From: an uncultured Acidobacteriota bacterium
GTDB lineage: Bacteria; Acidobacteriota; Vicinamibacteria; Fen-336
Reading direction: 5' to 3'
Length of the DNA stretch: 64,000 nt
Assembly (NCBI GenBank): GCA_963729875.1
Contig: CAVSPR010000002.1
Coordinates: 287,082-351,081, forward strand
Position numbers and translations under genes: made by a program. This document shows positions 1 to 8,371 of this stretch, in pieces (positions within the stretch are counted from its first letter, which is position 1; each line of letters begins with the position of its first letter). The notes under the pieces were generated by a model. That model had not been told where the DNA came from and searched no databases. It saw nothing but the letters and a program-made list of their open reading frames with translations.

Positions 1-210
1 CCCGGGCGAGATCTTGCCGACGACGACCTCCGACAATGCCGCGTACTGAGTGGGTATCCGGAAGAAGCGGGTCCAGAGGTAGTTGCGACGTCCGCCCAGG
101 CGAAGCACGAGCCGGTGGCGCAGCGACTTCAGGGTGATGTAGTACCCCGATCGCAGCAGCGGCCGGACGCCCGGGATCCGCTTGATGAGACCGCGTAGCC
201 GTGGGTTCAC
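1..210 (-). CDS. hypothetical protein, N-terminal fragment truncated by the window edge
   Basis: Own minus-strand translation from GTG (210..208): VNPRLRGLIKRIPGVRPLLRSGYYITLKSLRHRLVLRLGGRRNYLWTRFFRIPTQYAALSEVVVGKISPG. It stays open to position 1. Absent from the ORF track because it is truncated. No clear SD. Confidence 0.3.
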   Translation of the reverse strand, partial: MNPRLRGLIKRIPGVRPLLRSGYYITLKSLRHRLVLRLGGRRNYLWTRFFRIPTQYAALSEVVVGKISPG

Positions 211-350
211 GGTGGTTTCTCATTGTACGCAGACCCGAGTTGCCGCGGGCGCCCGCCTTCCGCCCTTCCACCCTTCCGCCACGAAGGCGCCGATCGTGCG
301 GCCCACGCCGTGGACCTGCCGGCCCGTGGTGGCGTCCGCGCTTGGCTGCT

Positions 351-503
351 CTACCCGCGGATTGCCGTGGTCACCTCTTCCCAGCCGCTCACGTTGCCGA
401 AGTGGCGCAGCGTCTCTCGCGTGCCACAGCGCACGCAGATCCTCTGTCGCGCGCTCGTCGTCATGCGGTCGTGGCCGAGAAGCCAACACAGGAACACCCT
501 CAT
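351..503 (-). CDS. small hypothetical protein (50 aa) with CxxC zinc-ribbon-like motif
   Basis: Internal ATG (503..501) of ORF 351..689 preceded by an SD (gagaGGAGtcaggtgagATG). Product MRVFLCWLLGHDRMTTSARQRICVRCGTRETLRHFGNVSGWEEVTTAIRG. Lies in a locally less GC-rich ~650-nt stretch with no other convincing gene. Confidence 0.3.
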   Translation of the reverse strand: MRVFLCWLLGHDRMTTSARQRICVRCGTRETLRHFGNVSGWEEVTTAIRG

Positions 504-874
504 CTCACCTGACTCCTCTCGTCTCATCGCTCTGCTCAAGGGCGTCCGCTCCCTGGACCCACGCTCCAGCCTGGGTGGCCGTGCGCACCCCGTCCTCGCA
601 AGTGGTGTAGGCAAGAGGTATGCCACGAGGCAGACCTCGGCAGAGCCACCAGATAGAGAGGCGAGGGAGCGTGACTCTCCCGGCCGCACGACGTCGACCG
701 GGGCACTTTGTACATTCTTCCGTTGGCCCGCTCGCCAAGCTCGTCCCGCCGTCGAGACGGCAGGGAGGAGGCCAGAGCGATGCTCGAACTCCCGAACCTA
801 TGGCACTCTTGTTGCTGACACGGCAGCCGAAGCGCTGACTCGCACGCGGATTCTCGACTCGAGGAGGGAGCGGG

Positions 875-1526
875 ATGGGCCGGGCGTCGGGCGACGAGGT
901 GCGCAGGGTGCGCCGGATCCGTGGCCCCCAGACGGTCGCGGAGGTGGCGGCCACCGGAGCCGCGGGCGGGATCCTGCTGCTCGTGGCGTTCGCGGTCCTG
1001 CACGCGCTGGCTCGGCCGGCGCCGCTGCCCGTCGCTCCGGGCCGGGTGAGCGCGCAGGCTCGGCCGCCCGCACCGCCCAGCGCCATTCCCGGAGACCTGG
1101 GCCCCGGCCGCCTGCGCTTCCCGGTGCCCGCCGTGTCCCCGGCGGCCATGTCCGACAGCTTCGCGCAGGCGCGGGGCGAGCGGTCGCACCTGGCCGTCGA
1201 CATCCTGGCGCCCAGGGGCTCCCCCGTGGTCGCGGTGGACGACGGCACGCTGGTGCGCCTGTCGAGCAGCCCCGCCGGGGGCATCTCCGTCTACCAGCTC
1301 GACGCCGGTGAGCACCACTGCTTCTTCTATGCGCACCTGGAGCGCTACGCCGAGGGTCTGACCGAGGGGCAGTTCGTGAAGCGGGGCGAGGTGATCGCCT
1401 ACGTGGGGACCACCGGGAACGCCCCCCCCGAACACCCCGCATCTGCATTTCGCCATCCACGAGCTGACGTCCCCGAGACAGTGTTGGGGAGGGCGTCCCG
1501 TCGACCCCTACCCGCTCTGGCCCTGA
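875..1526 (+). CDS. M23/LytM family metallopeptidase, reading frame broken by 1-nt indel in a C8 run
   Basis: ORF 875..2086 has an N-terminal TM helix and M23 motifs (HLAVDILAP, YAHL, GTTGNA) but loses the family-defining PHLHF. After the C8 run (1424..1431) the adjacent frame reads NTPHLHFAIHELTSPRQCWGGRPVDPYPLWP with a stop at 1524..1526. One C fewer restores a ~216-aa peptidase. The rest of ORF 875..2086 is antisense read-through. Confidence 0.8.
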
Positions 1527-1552
1527 CCCGACAGCCGCGGCGGGGCGCCGCT

Positions 1553-2032
1553 TCAGGCGGGCGGGTCCGGCCGCCCGATCACGACCGTGTCGAGCCGGGG
1601 GCTGCCGAAGAAGAGCCCGCGGCCCTTCTCGTCGAGGCGCCAGGCGGGGTTGAGGCGGAGGAGGCGGTCGGCCAGCACCTTCAGGAGCCTCCCGGACTGG
1701 TCCTGGAGCCGCTGGGCGTCGGGGCAGGCCACGAGGACGCCGACTCGGCCGTTCAGGAAGGCGAGGAAGAACTCGTCCGACTCCCAGTCCGCGAAGAGGT
1801 CGTCCATCTCCTGCCCGCCGTGGAGGGCCGCCGGGAGGCGGAAGAGGGCCTCGGCCCGGGTCTGAACCAGCCGGCGCAGGACCCACTCGCCGCCCTCCCT
1901 CGTGTCGTCGGGGCTCTCGTGGAGGACCCCTTTCGCGTCGAAGAGCGCGGCATAGCGGCCCTCCCCGAGGCGGCGCAGGGCATCGAGCAGGGAGCGGGCG
2001 TCCTCCTGGAGTTTCTCCTTCGAGTGGAACAT
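1553..2032 (-). CDS. hypothetical protein (159 aa), divergent from the che operon
   Basis: ORF 1553..2071. ATG at 2032..2030 gives MFHSKEKLQEDARSLLDALRRLGEG... Balanced, non-repetitive composition, unlike the overlapping Arg/Pro-rich frames. Function not recognised (a possible Roadblock/LC7-like fold is only a guess). Confidence 0.6.
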   Translation of the reverse strand: MFHSKEKLQEDARSLLDALRRLGEGRYAALFDAKGVLHESPDDTREGGEWVLRRLVQTRAEALFRLPAALHGGQEMDDLFADWESDEFFLAFLNGRVGVLVACPDAQRLQDQSGRLLKVLADRLLRLNPAWRLDEKGRGLFFGSPRLDTVVIGRPDPPA

Positions 2033-2082
2033 GGGTCCACAATGGTAAGCCGTGCCGGGAGGGCGACGCATCCCCTGACTGC

Positions 2083-2111
2083 TTGAAAGGCAGCACTTTA
2101 GATGGTAGAAC
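2083..2111 (+). promoter_or_regulatory. putative sigma70-type promoter of the che operon (-35 TTGAAA, 17-nt spacer, -10 TAGAAC)
   Basis: TTGAAA at 2083..2088 and TAGAAC at 2106..2111, in an AT-enriched patch 43 nt upstream of the cheY ATG. Confidence 0.4.
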
Positions 2112-2154
2112 CCATACGCTTGTGCCGCGGCCGCTCGCCGCTGGGGAGAGGGGA

Positions 2155-2529
2155 ATGCTGAGGAAGATCCTCGCCGTCGACGACTCGGCGCTCATCCACC
2201 AGATGTACAAGCTCTTCCTCTCCCGGTACAAGAACTGCAAGCTCGTCAGTGCGATGAACGGGCTCGAGGCGCTCGACAAGCTCGCCCAGGAGGAAGGCAT
2301 CGACCTCATCCTCCTCGACATCAACATGCCGGTCATGAACGGCCTGGAGTTCCTGCAGCGGGCCCAGAAGGAAGCCGCCTACAAGGACATCCCGGTCATC
2401 ATCATCTCCACCGAGGGCAAGGAAGAGGACACGATCCGGGGCCTCAAGATGGGCGCCCGCGGCTACGTCAAGAAGCCCTTCCAGGCGTCGGAGCTGCACA
2501 GCCTCATCGAGAAGATCACGGCTCCGTGA
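2155..2529 (+). CDS. cheY: CheY-like single-domain response regulator
   Basis: In-frame ATG at 2155 (SD ggggagagggga) within ORF 2083..2529. MLRKILAVDDSALIHQM...LILLDINMPVMNGLEFL...GARGYVKKPF shows the receiver DD/D/K signature. Confidence 0.93.
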   Translation: MLRKILAVDDSALIHQMYKLFLSRYKNCKLVSAMNGLEALDKLAQEEGIDLILLDINMPVMNGLEFLQRAQKEAAYKDIPVIIISTEGKEEDTIRGLKMGARGYVKKPFQASELHSLIEKITAP

Positions 2530-2557
2530 GCCCCTTCGGTCCGCCCGGCTCGCGCTG

Positions 2558-4240
2558 ATGGAGTTCGAGGTCTCCGCAGAGCTGGTCGGCATCTACCTCG
2601 AGGACGCCCGCGAGCACCTCGCGCGCCTGGACGCCGAGCTGCTCCGCCTCGAGCGCGAAGGCCACTCCGCGGAGATCGCCGCCTCTCTCCTCGGCCCCCT
2701 GCACACCCTCAAGGGCAACAGCGGGATGATCGGCTTCACCGGGGCGAAGGACTACGTCCACCGGCTCGAGGAGGTGTTCGCCCGGGCCCGTGACGGCGCC
2801 CTCGCCCTCGAGGGGGCGCCGCTCGACCGGCTCTTCGAGGGGGCAACCGCCCTGCGCGAGGCGATCGAGGCCGCCTGCGCCTCCGGCCGCGAGACCCGCG
2901 ACCTCACGGCGGCCACGGCCGCGCTGGGGACGCTCGTCGCCTCGGCGGCGAGGCCGACTTCCCCGGCCGTCCCCGAGCCTTCCCCGGCGGGGAAGGAGCC
3001 CGACCCCTCCAGGGCTGCGGAGGGCCCGCTCGTCCCGACCCGCTCCAGCATGGTGCGGGTCGACTTCGCGAAGCTCGACCACCTGCTGAACCTCGTCGGC
3101 GAGCTGATCGTCCACCGCACCAAGCTCAACGAGCTGGCCCGGCGGATCGCCGACGCCGCCCCCGAGGCGGGGCCGGAGCTGCTCGAGGCCGTGCACCAGG
3201 TGGCCGGCGTCTCCACCCAGCTGCAGGAGACGATCATGGACGTGCGGATGCTGCCCATCCGCCACGTCTTCGAGCGCTTCCCGCGGCTCGTGCGCGACCT
3301 CGCCCGCCAGCAGGGCAAGCAGGTGGAGCTGGTGCTGCAGGGCGAGGAGACCCGCGTCGACAAGGCGGTCATCGACGAGCTCGGCGAGCCCCTCGTCCAC
3401 CTCATCCGCAACGCGGTGGACCACGGCATCGAGCCGCCCGCAGTGCGGGCCGCGCGCGGCAAGTCCGCGACCGGGACCATCCTGCTCACCGCTGCCCAGG
3501 AGTCGAACCAGGTCGTGATCACCCTCGTCGACGACGGGGCCGGCATCGACGCCGCCGTCGTGCGCCGCAAGGCGGTCGAGCGGGGGATCGTGCGGGCCGA
3601 CGAGGATCTCAGCGACCGGGAGGCCATCCAGCTCATCTTCACCGAGGGCTTCTCGACCGCGCGGTCCGTGACCGACGTGTCCGGCCGCGGGGTGGGCCTC
3701 GACGTCGTGGTCCGCAGCATGGAGCAGCTCAACGGCCTCATCGAGGCGGAGACGATCCCGGGGGCGGGGACGAAGTTCACCCTCCAGCTGCCGCTGACCC
3801 TCGCCATCATCACCGTGCTCATGGTGGAGGTGGGAGGTGCCGTCTACGCGCTCCCCTCGGGGGCGGTGGTGGAGACCCTGCGCTACCCGAAGAGCGAGCT
3901 CGTCCGCATCAACGGGCGCGACACCCTGCGGGTGCGCGACCGCATCGTGCCGCTCCTGCACCTCTCCGAGCTGTTCGGCGTGGCCGCGGCGGGGGGGGGC
4001 GAGACCTACGCCGTGATCGTGGGGCGGGGCGAGAAGCGGCTCGGCCTGACCGTGGACCGGCTCCGCGGGCAGCAGGACGTGGTGATCAAGGCCCTCGACC
4101 CGGTCGTGGCGGAGGCCACGGTCGGCATCGCGGGGGCGACCATCCTCGGCGACGGGCGGGTGGTCCTCATCCTCGACGTGGCCGCTCTCTTCGAGGGCCG
4201 GCGCGGCATGCGTGGCCGGGGCCGCGCGGCGGAGGCCTGA
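2558..4240 (+). CDS. cheA: chemotaxis histidine kinase CheA (P1-P3-P4-P5, no obvious P2)
   Basis: 560 aa. HPt motif HTLKGNSGMIGF, dimerisation and HATPase_c blocks (DHGIE, DDGAGID, GRGVGLDVV) and a C-terminal CheW-like domain. Confidence 0.95.
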   Translation: MEFEVSAELVGIYLEDAREHLARLDAELLRLEREGHSAEIAASLLGPLHTLKGNSGMIGFTGAKDYVHRLEEVFARARDGALALEGAPLDRLFEGATALREAIEAACASGRETRDLTAATAALGTLVASAARPTSPAVPEPSPAGKEPDPSRAAEGPLVPTRSSMVRVDFAKLDHLLNLVGELIVHRTKLNELARRIADAAPEAGPELLEAVHQVAGVSTQLQETIMDVRMLPIRHVFERFPRLVRDLARQQGKQVELVLQGEETRVDKAVIDELGEPLVHLIRNAVDHGIEPPAVRAARGKSATGTILLTAAQESNQVVITLVDDGAGIDAAVVRRKAVERGIVRADEDLSDREAIQLIFTEGFSTARSVTDVSGRGVGLDVVVRSMEQLNGLIEAETIPGAGTKFTLQLPLTLAIITVLMVEVGGAVYALPSGAVVETLRYPKSELVRINGRDTLRVRDRIVPLLHLSELFGVAAAGGGETYAVIVGRGEKRLGLTVDRLRGQQDVVIKALDPVVAEATVGIAGATILGDGRVVLILDVAALFEGRRGMRGRGRAAEA

Positions 4241-4244
4241 GGCC

Positions 4245-5072
4245 GTGTACGAGCGCTACTGGGGGCTGCGCGAGAAGCCGTTCCGCAAGACCCCCGACCC
4301 CCGCTACCTCTTCCTCAGCGAGACCCACGAGGAGGCCCTCGAGCGGCTGCTCTTCGCGGTGGAGGAGATGGACCTCGCTCTGCTGACCGGGGAGGTGGGC
4401 TCGGGGAAGACGCTGCTCACCCGGGCGCTCGCCGACCGCCTCGGCGACCGCTACGAGGTGGGGATGATCCTGAACCCCCGCCTGTCGCCGCGGCAGTTCC
4501 TGAAGACGGTGGCGGGGGAGCTCGGGGTCGAGGAGCCCCGCTACCAATCGAACGACCTCCTCGAGCAGATCCACGACCGCCTCCTCGCCCTCGACGGGCA
4601 GGGCCGGGCCGCGCTCGTCGTCGTGGACGAGGCACACCTCATCCCCGGCAAGCCCACCTTCGAGGAGATCCGCCTCCTCACGAACTTCCAGCTCGACGAC
4701 CGCAACCTGGTGGCCATCGTCCTCGTGGGCCAGCCGGAGCTGCGCGAGAGGCTCCGCCACCGCGCCTACCGGGCCCTCACCCAGCGGATCGGGGTCTCGT
4801 TCGAGATCGCGCCGCTCGGCGTCGAGGACACCCGGGGCTACCTGGCGCACCGTCTGGCGGTGGCGGGTGCCGGGCGCGAGCTGTTCACGGCCGAGGCGGT
4901 CGCCCGGCTGCACGCCGCGGCCGGGGGCATCCCGCGGGTGCTGAACCACCTCGCGACCCAGGCGCTGGTCGAGGGCATGGCCCGCGGGGCGAGCCGGGTG
5001 GACGGGGCGGTGGCGGAGGCGGTGGCCGCCGAGCGCGAGTTCGAGAGCGCCCCCGCGGGGGCGCGAGGGTAG
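4245..5072 (+). CDS. ExeA/GspA-like AAA ATPase (AAA_22 type) embedded in the che operon
   Basis: ORF 4212..5072. GTG 4245 gives VYERYWGLREKPFRKTPDPRYLFLSETHEEAL..., the typical ExeA/MshM N-terminus. Walker A GEVGSGKT and Walker B VVVDEAH are present. Confidence 0.85.
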   Translation: MYERYWGLREKPFRKTPDPRYLFLSETHEEALERLLFAVEEMDLALLTGEVGSGKTLLTRALADRLGDRYEVGMILNPRLSPRQFLKTVAGELGVEEPRYQSNDLLEQIHDRLLALDGQGRAALVVVDEAHLIPGKPTFEEIRLLTNFQLDDRNLVAIVLVGQPELRERLRHRAYRALTQRIGVSFEIAPLGVEDTRGYLAHRLAVAGAGRELFTAEAVARLHAAAGGIPRVLNHLATQALVEGMARGASRVDGAVAEAVAAEREFESAPAGARG

Positions 5073-5078
5073 GGAATC

Positions 5079-5920
5079 ATGGGTCGAATGGCCGACGCAC
5101 GGAAGAGGGCCCGGCGGGGCGAGACGGCCGCGGGAGCGGATCCGCCGGCCCCGGCGCCAGCGGAGCCGGTCTTCGCCGAAGAGCCGGCGGTGGGTCCGCG
5201 GATGGCCGCTCCCCCCGCGGCCGGCCGGGTATCGCTCCCGGCGTCGGGCCTCGCCGAAGACATCCTGCGGCAGGTCGAGGCGGGGCCGGCGCTCGAGCCG
5301 GCTCCCGGCCCGCTCGCCCCGGAGCGGATCGAGCTGCCCGCGTCGGGCCTCGCCGAGGACGTGCTCGCCGCCGCGGAGCCGGCGTCCGGCCACAGCCTCT
5401 CCTTCTTCGCCGCCCCCGCGCAGGAGCAGCGGGCGGCGGCGGAGGCCACGGAGCACCTCGCCACGTTCTTCCTCGACCGGGAGGAGTACGGGGTGGACGT
5501 GCGGCAGGTCCAGGAGATCCGGCGGATGAGCGAGATCACGGGCGTGCCCCGCGCCCCCGACTTCGTCCGCGGCGTCATCAACCTGCGCGGCCGCATCCTG
5601 CCGGTGCTCGACCTCAAGCGGAAGCTGGGCCTGGGCGAGGTCGAGGCCTCCCGCGCCACCCGCATCGTGGTCGTCCGGGTGAAGGAGAGGCTGCTCGGCC
5701 TGCTCGTGGACGGGGCATCGCAGGTGCTGAAGGTCGAGGTCTCGCGCATCGAGCCTCCCCGGAGGAGGTCGTGGAAAGAGGCGGCGACTACATCCGGGGC
5801 GTCGCCAAGCTGGAAGACCGGCTGATCATCCTCGTCGACCTCGAGCGGCTGCTCGCGCACGAGCTGCGGGCGGCCGGCGCGCCCGCCCGCGCCGCCGAGG
5901 GACCGGACGGGGTCTCGTAG
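5079..5920 (+). CDS. cheW: CheW-like coupling protein with ~125-aa Ala/Pro-rich N-terminal extension; frame broken by 1-nt indel
   Basis: ORF 5079..5825 carries the CheW core ([20 protein letters not shown]...[19 protein letters not shown]...[12 protein letters not shown]). After the C4 run 5757..5760 the adjacent frame reads [36 protein letters not shown]..., the canonical CheW C-terminus, with a stop at 5918..5920. The N-terminus contains the direct repeat LPASGLAED(I/V)L twice. Confidence 0.85.
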
Positions 5921-5932
5921 GGAGAGTCCACG

Positions 5933-8217
5933 ATGGCCATCAACACCAAGTCGATCCGGGCGAGGTTCCTCGCCCTGCTCACGCTCACCGCCGTGGTGAT
6001 CACGGCCGTCTCCGTGATCTACGACCTCGTGGCCGGCGGGGCGGCCATCCGCGACCAGATCGAGAAGCGGGGGCGCTACGTCGCGAGCAACCTCGCCTTC
6101 AACGCCAAGTACGGCGTCCTCACCGAGGACAAGCCGCTGCTCACACAGTTCCTGGAGGGGGCGTCGGCGTCGGGCGGCGAGGGCGAGCGCTCCGACGTCG
6201 TGGGGGCGATGATCCGCGACGCCAAGGGCGCCATGCTCGCCCAGACCGGCAAGGCCATCCGCGACCTCCCCGGGGGACCCCCGGCCGCGCTCGAGGAGCG
6301 CGAGGCCCTCACGACCGATGGCGAGCGCGTGCTGCTCTTCCGCGCGCCGGTGACGAGCTCGAGCGGCGGCTCCGCGATGGGCGAGGAGCTCGGCGCCGCC
6401 CCCCCGCCTCCGAGGCGGTCAAGGGCGGGGTCGAGGTGGCGATCTCCCAGACCGCGCTGCGGGACGTGCAGCGCCGGCGCGTCCTCGAGGCCCTGCTGCT
6501 CGCGGCAGTGGCGATCGGCGTCGGCTTCCTGATCGGCTCGGCGGTGATCAGTCGCTGGCTGAGCCCGCTGCAGCATATGGTGCTCGCCTCGGGCTCGGTG
6601 GCCAAGGGCGACCTCATGGTCAATCTGGACGCCCAGGGCGAGGACGAGGTCGGGACGCTCGGCCGCAGCCTCAACGAGATGGTGGGCAACCTCCGCCGGG
6701 TGGTCGACAACATCCAGGACGCCTCGGTGCAGGTCGCCTCCTCCGCCGGGCAGATCTCGGCGAACGCGCGCCTCATCATGCAGGGGGCGCAGGGGCAGGC
6801 CCAGGCCGCGGAGGAGACCTCCACCTCCATGGAGGAGATGGCCGCCTCGATCCAGACGGTGGCGGGAAGCGCGCAGGGCCTCGCCAGCTACGTGGAGGAG
6901 ACCTCCAGCTCCATCACCGAGATGGGGGCCTCGATCGAGCAGGTGGCCCGCTCGGGAGGGACGCTCGCCCAGACCGTGACCGAGGCCTCGGCCACCATCG
7001 AGGAGATGACGGTGTCGATCGACCAGATGGCGCGCGACCTCGAGAGCCTGGCCGGCACCGTCAACGAGACGACGTCCACCGTCGAGGAGATGGCCACGTT
7101 CATCGCCTCGGTGGCCCAGAACGCCGAGTCCCTCGGCGAGGCGGCGTCTCGCGCGAGCGCCACCGTGTCCGGCATGGCCGGTGCCGTGAACGACGTGGCC
7201 AAGATCGCCTCCGAGGCCGACCGCATCAGCGCCCGCGCCTCCGAGGACGCGCGGTCGGGGGGCGAGGCGGTCTCCCGGACCGTGGACGGCATGAAGGCCA
7301 TCTCGGAGAACATGGAGAACACCGCGCGCGTCATCACCGGCCTCGGCAAGCGCTCGCAGGAGATCGGGCGCATCCTCGAGGTCATCGAGGAGATCGCGGA
7401 CCAGACGAACCTCCTCGCCCTCAACGCCGCCATCGAGGCGGCCCGCGCGGGGGAGGCGGGACGCGGCTTCGCGGTCGTGGCCGACGAGGTGCGCAAGCTG
7501 GCCGAGCGGTCGGTGGAGGCGGCCAAGGAGATCGGCGAGGTCGTGGGCAAGGTGCAGCAGGAGACGACCGACGCGGTGGACGTGGCCCGCGCGGGCGCCT
7601 CGGAGGCCAAGCAGGGCATCACGCTCGCCGACAAGGCGGGAGCGGCCCTGCGGAACATCATCGACTCGGTCTCCCGCTCGAGCGCGCTCATGGGCCAGAT
7701 CGCGGACGCGACCTCGAAGCAGTCGCAGGCCTCGTCCGAGGTGCTCGACACGGTCAGCCACATGAACACGGCCACCGCGCAGGTCACGCAGGCCGTGCGG
7801 GAGCAGGCCGAGGGCAGCAAGCAGATCCGGGCGGCCATGGAGAACATCAAGAAGGTCATGTCCCAGGCCGCCTACTCGACCCGCGAGCAGGCGGCGGGCG
7901 GGCGGCAGGTCCGCCTCGCCGTCGAGAACATCAACAAGATCGCCTCCCAGGTCGGGGTGGCCACCCGCGAGCAGGCCGAGGGCAGCCGGCAGATCATCAA
8001 CGCGGTCGAGCGCATGAACGACATGACCCAGCAGGTCTCCCACGCCACCGCCGAGCAGAAGAAGGGCGGCGAGCTGGTGGTGAAGGCCATGGAGAACATC
8101 TCGGAGATCGCCCGCGACAACCTCGCCACCGTGCAGGAGATGTCGAAGGCGACGGCCAACCTCGCCCAGCAGGCGGAGAACCTGGCGCGGCTGGTGTCGG
8201 TCTTTAAGGTCCAATGA
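5933..8217 (+). CDS. methyl-accepting chemotaxis protein (TM-sensor-TM-HAMP-long signalling domain); frame broken by 1-nt indel
   Basis: ORF 5933..6532 gives the N-terminal TM plus periplasmic part. ORF 6436..8217 gives TM2, HAMP and the MCP signalling domain ([41 protein letters not shown]). The two frames meet at the C7 run 6399..6405. One extra C joins them (...[20 protein letters not shown]...). Confidence 0.88.
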
Positions 8218-8240
8218 CGCACCTCCCGGAGTCTCTCGCT

Positions 8241-8275
8241 CCCCGGGGAGTTCCAGGCGAGCGAACTCCCCGGGG
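8241..8275 (+). repeat. stem-loop H1 (13-bp perfect stem, 9-nt loop) just after the MCP stop
   Basis: ccccggggagttc (8241..8253) / caggcgagc / gaactccccgggg (8263..8275). Confidence 0.6.
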
Positions 8276-8336
8276 CTGCAATCTCGATCGAGTCGGCTTG
8301 GTGAGGCTCTGATGAAAGCCCACGCTCTCCCGAAAG

Positions 8337-8371
8337 CCCCGAGGAGCTCGCCGGGTTGGAGCTCCTCGGGG
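8337..8371 (+). repeat. stem-loop H2 (13-bp perfect stem, 9-nt loop), related to H1, covering the HEAT gene start
   Basis: ccccgaggagctc (8337..8349) / gccgggttg / gagctcctcgggg (8359..8371). Same architecture as H1, with two compensated arm differences. Confidence 0.6.

Noticed and set aside
770-850. Possible tRNA on the minus strand (gctcgaactcccgaacc resembles a reverse-complemented T-arm)
   Set aside because: I could not build complementary T-stem, acceptor or anticodon stems around it by hand, so it looks like a chance resemblance. A tRNA scan would settle it.
798-2336. 512-aa minus-strand ORF, and the 3' part of plus ORF 875..2086
   Set aside because: The first overlaps the M23 peptidase, the 159-aa hypothetical gene and cheY in wrong frames, and its product is extremely Arg/Pro/Gly-rich. 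The 875..2086 ORF beyond ~1430 is read-through after a frame error and runs antisense to gene 1553..2032.
1424-6405. Programmed ribosomal frameshifting or phase variation as the explanation for the broken M23, cheW and MCP genes
   Set aside because: The required shifts differ in direction. There is no slippery heptamer or stimulatory structure. The sites are plain C-runs, and two of them hit core genes of one operon. Homopolymer sequencing error is the more economical explanation, although C7-C8 contingency tracts cannot be excluded without reads.
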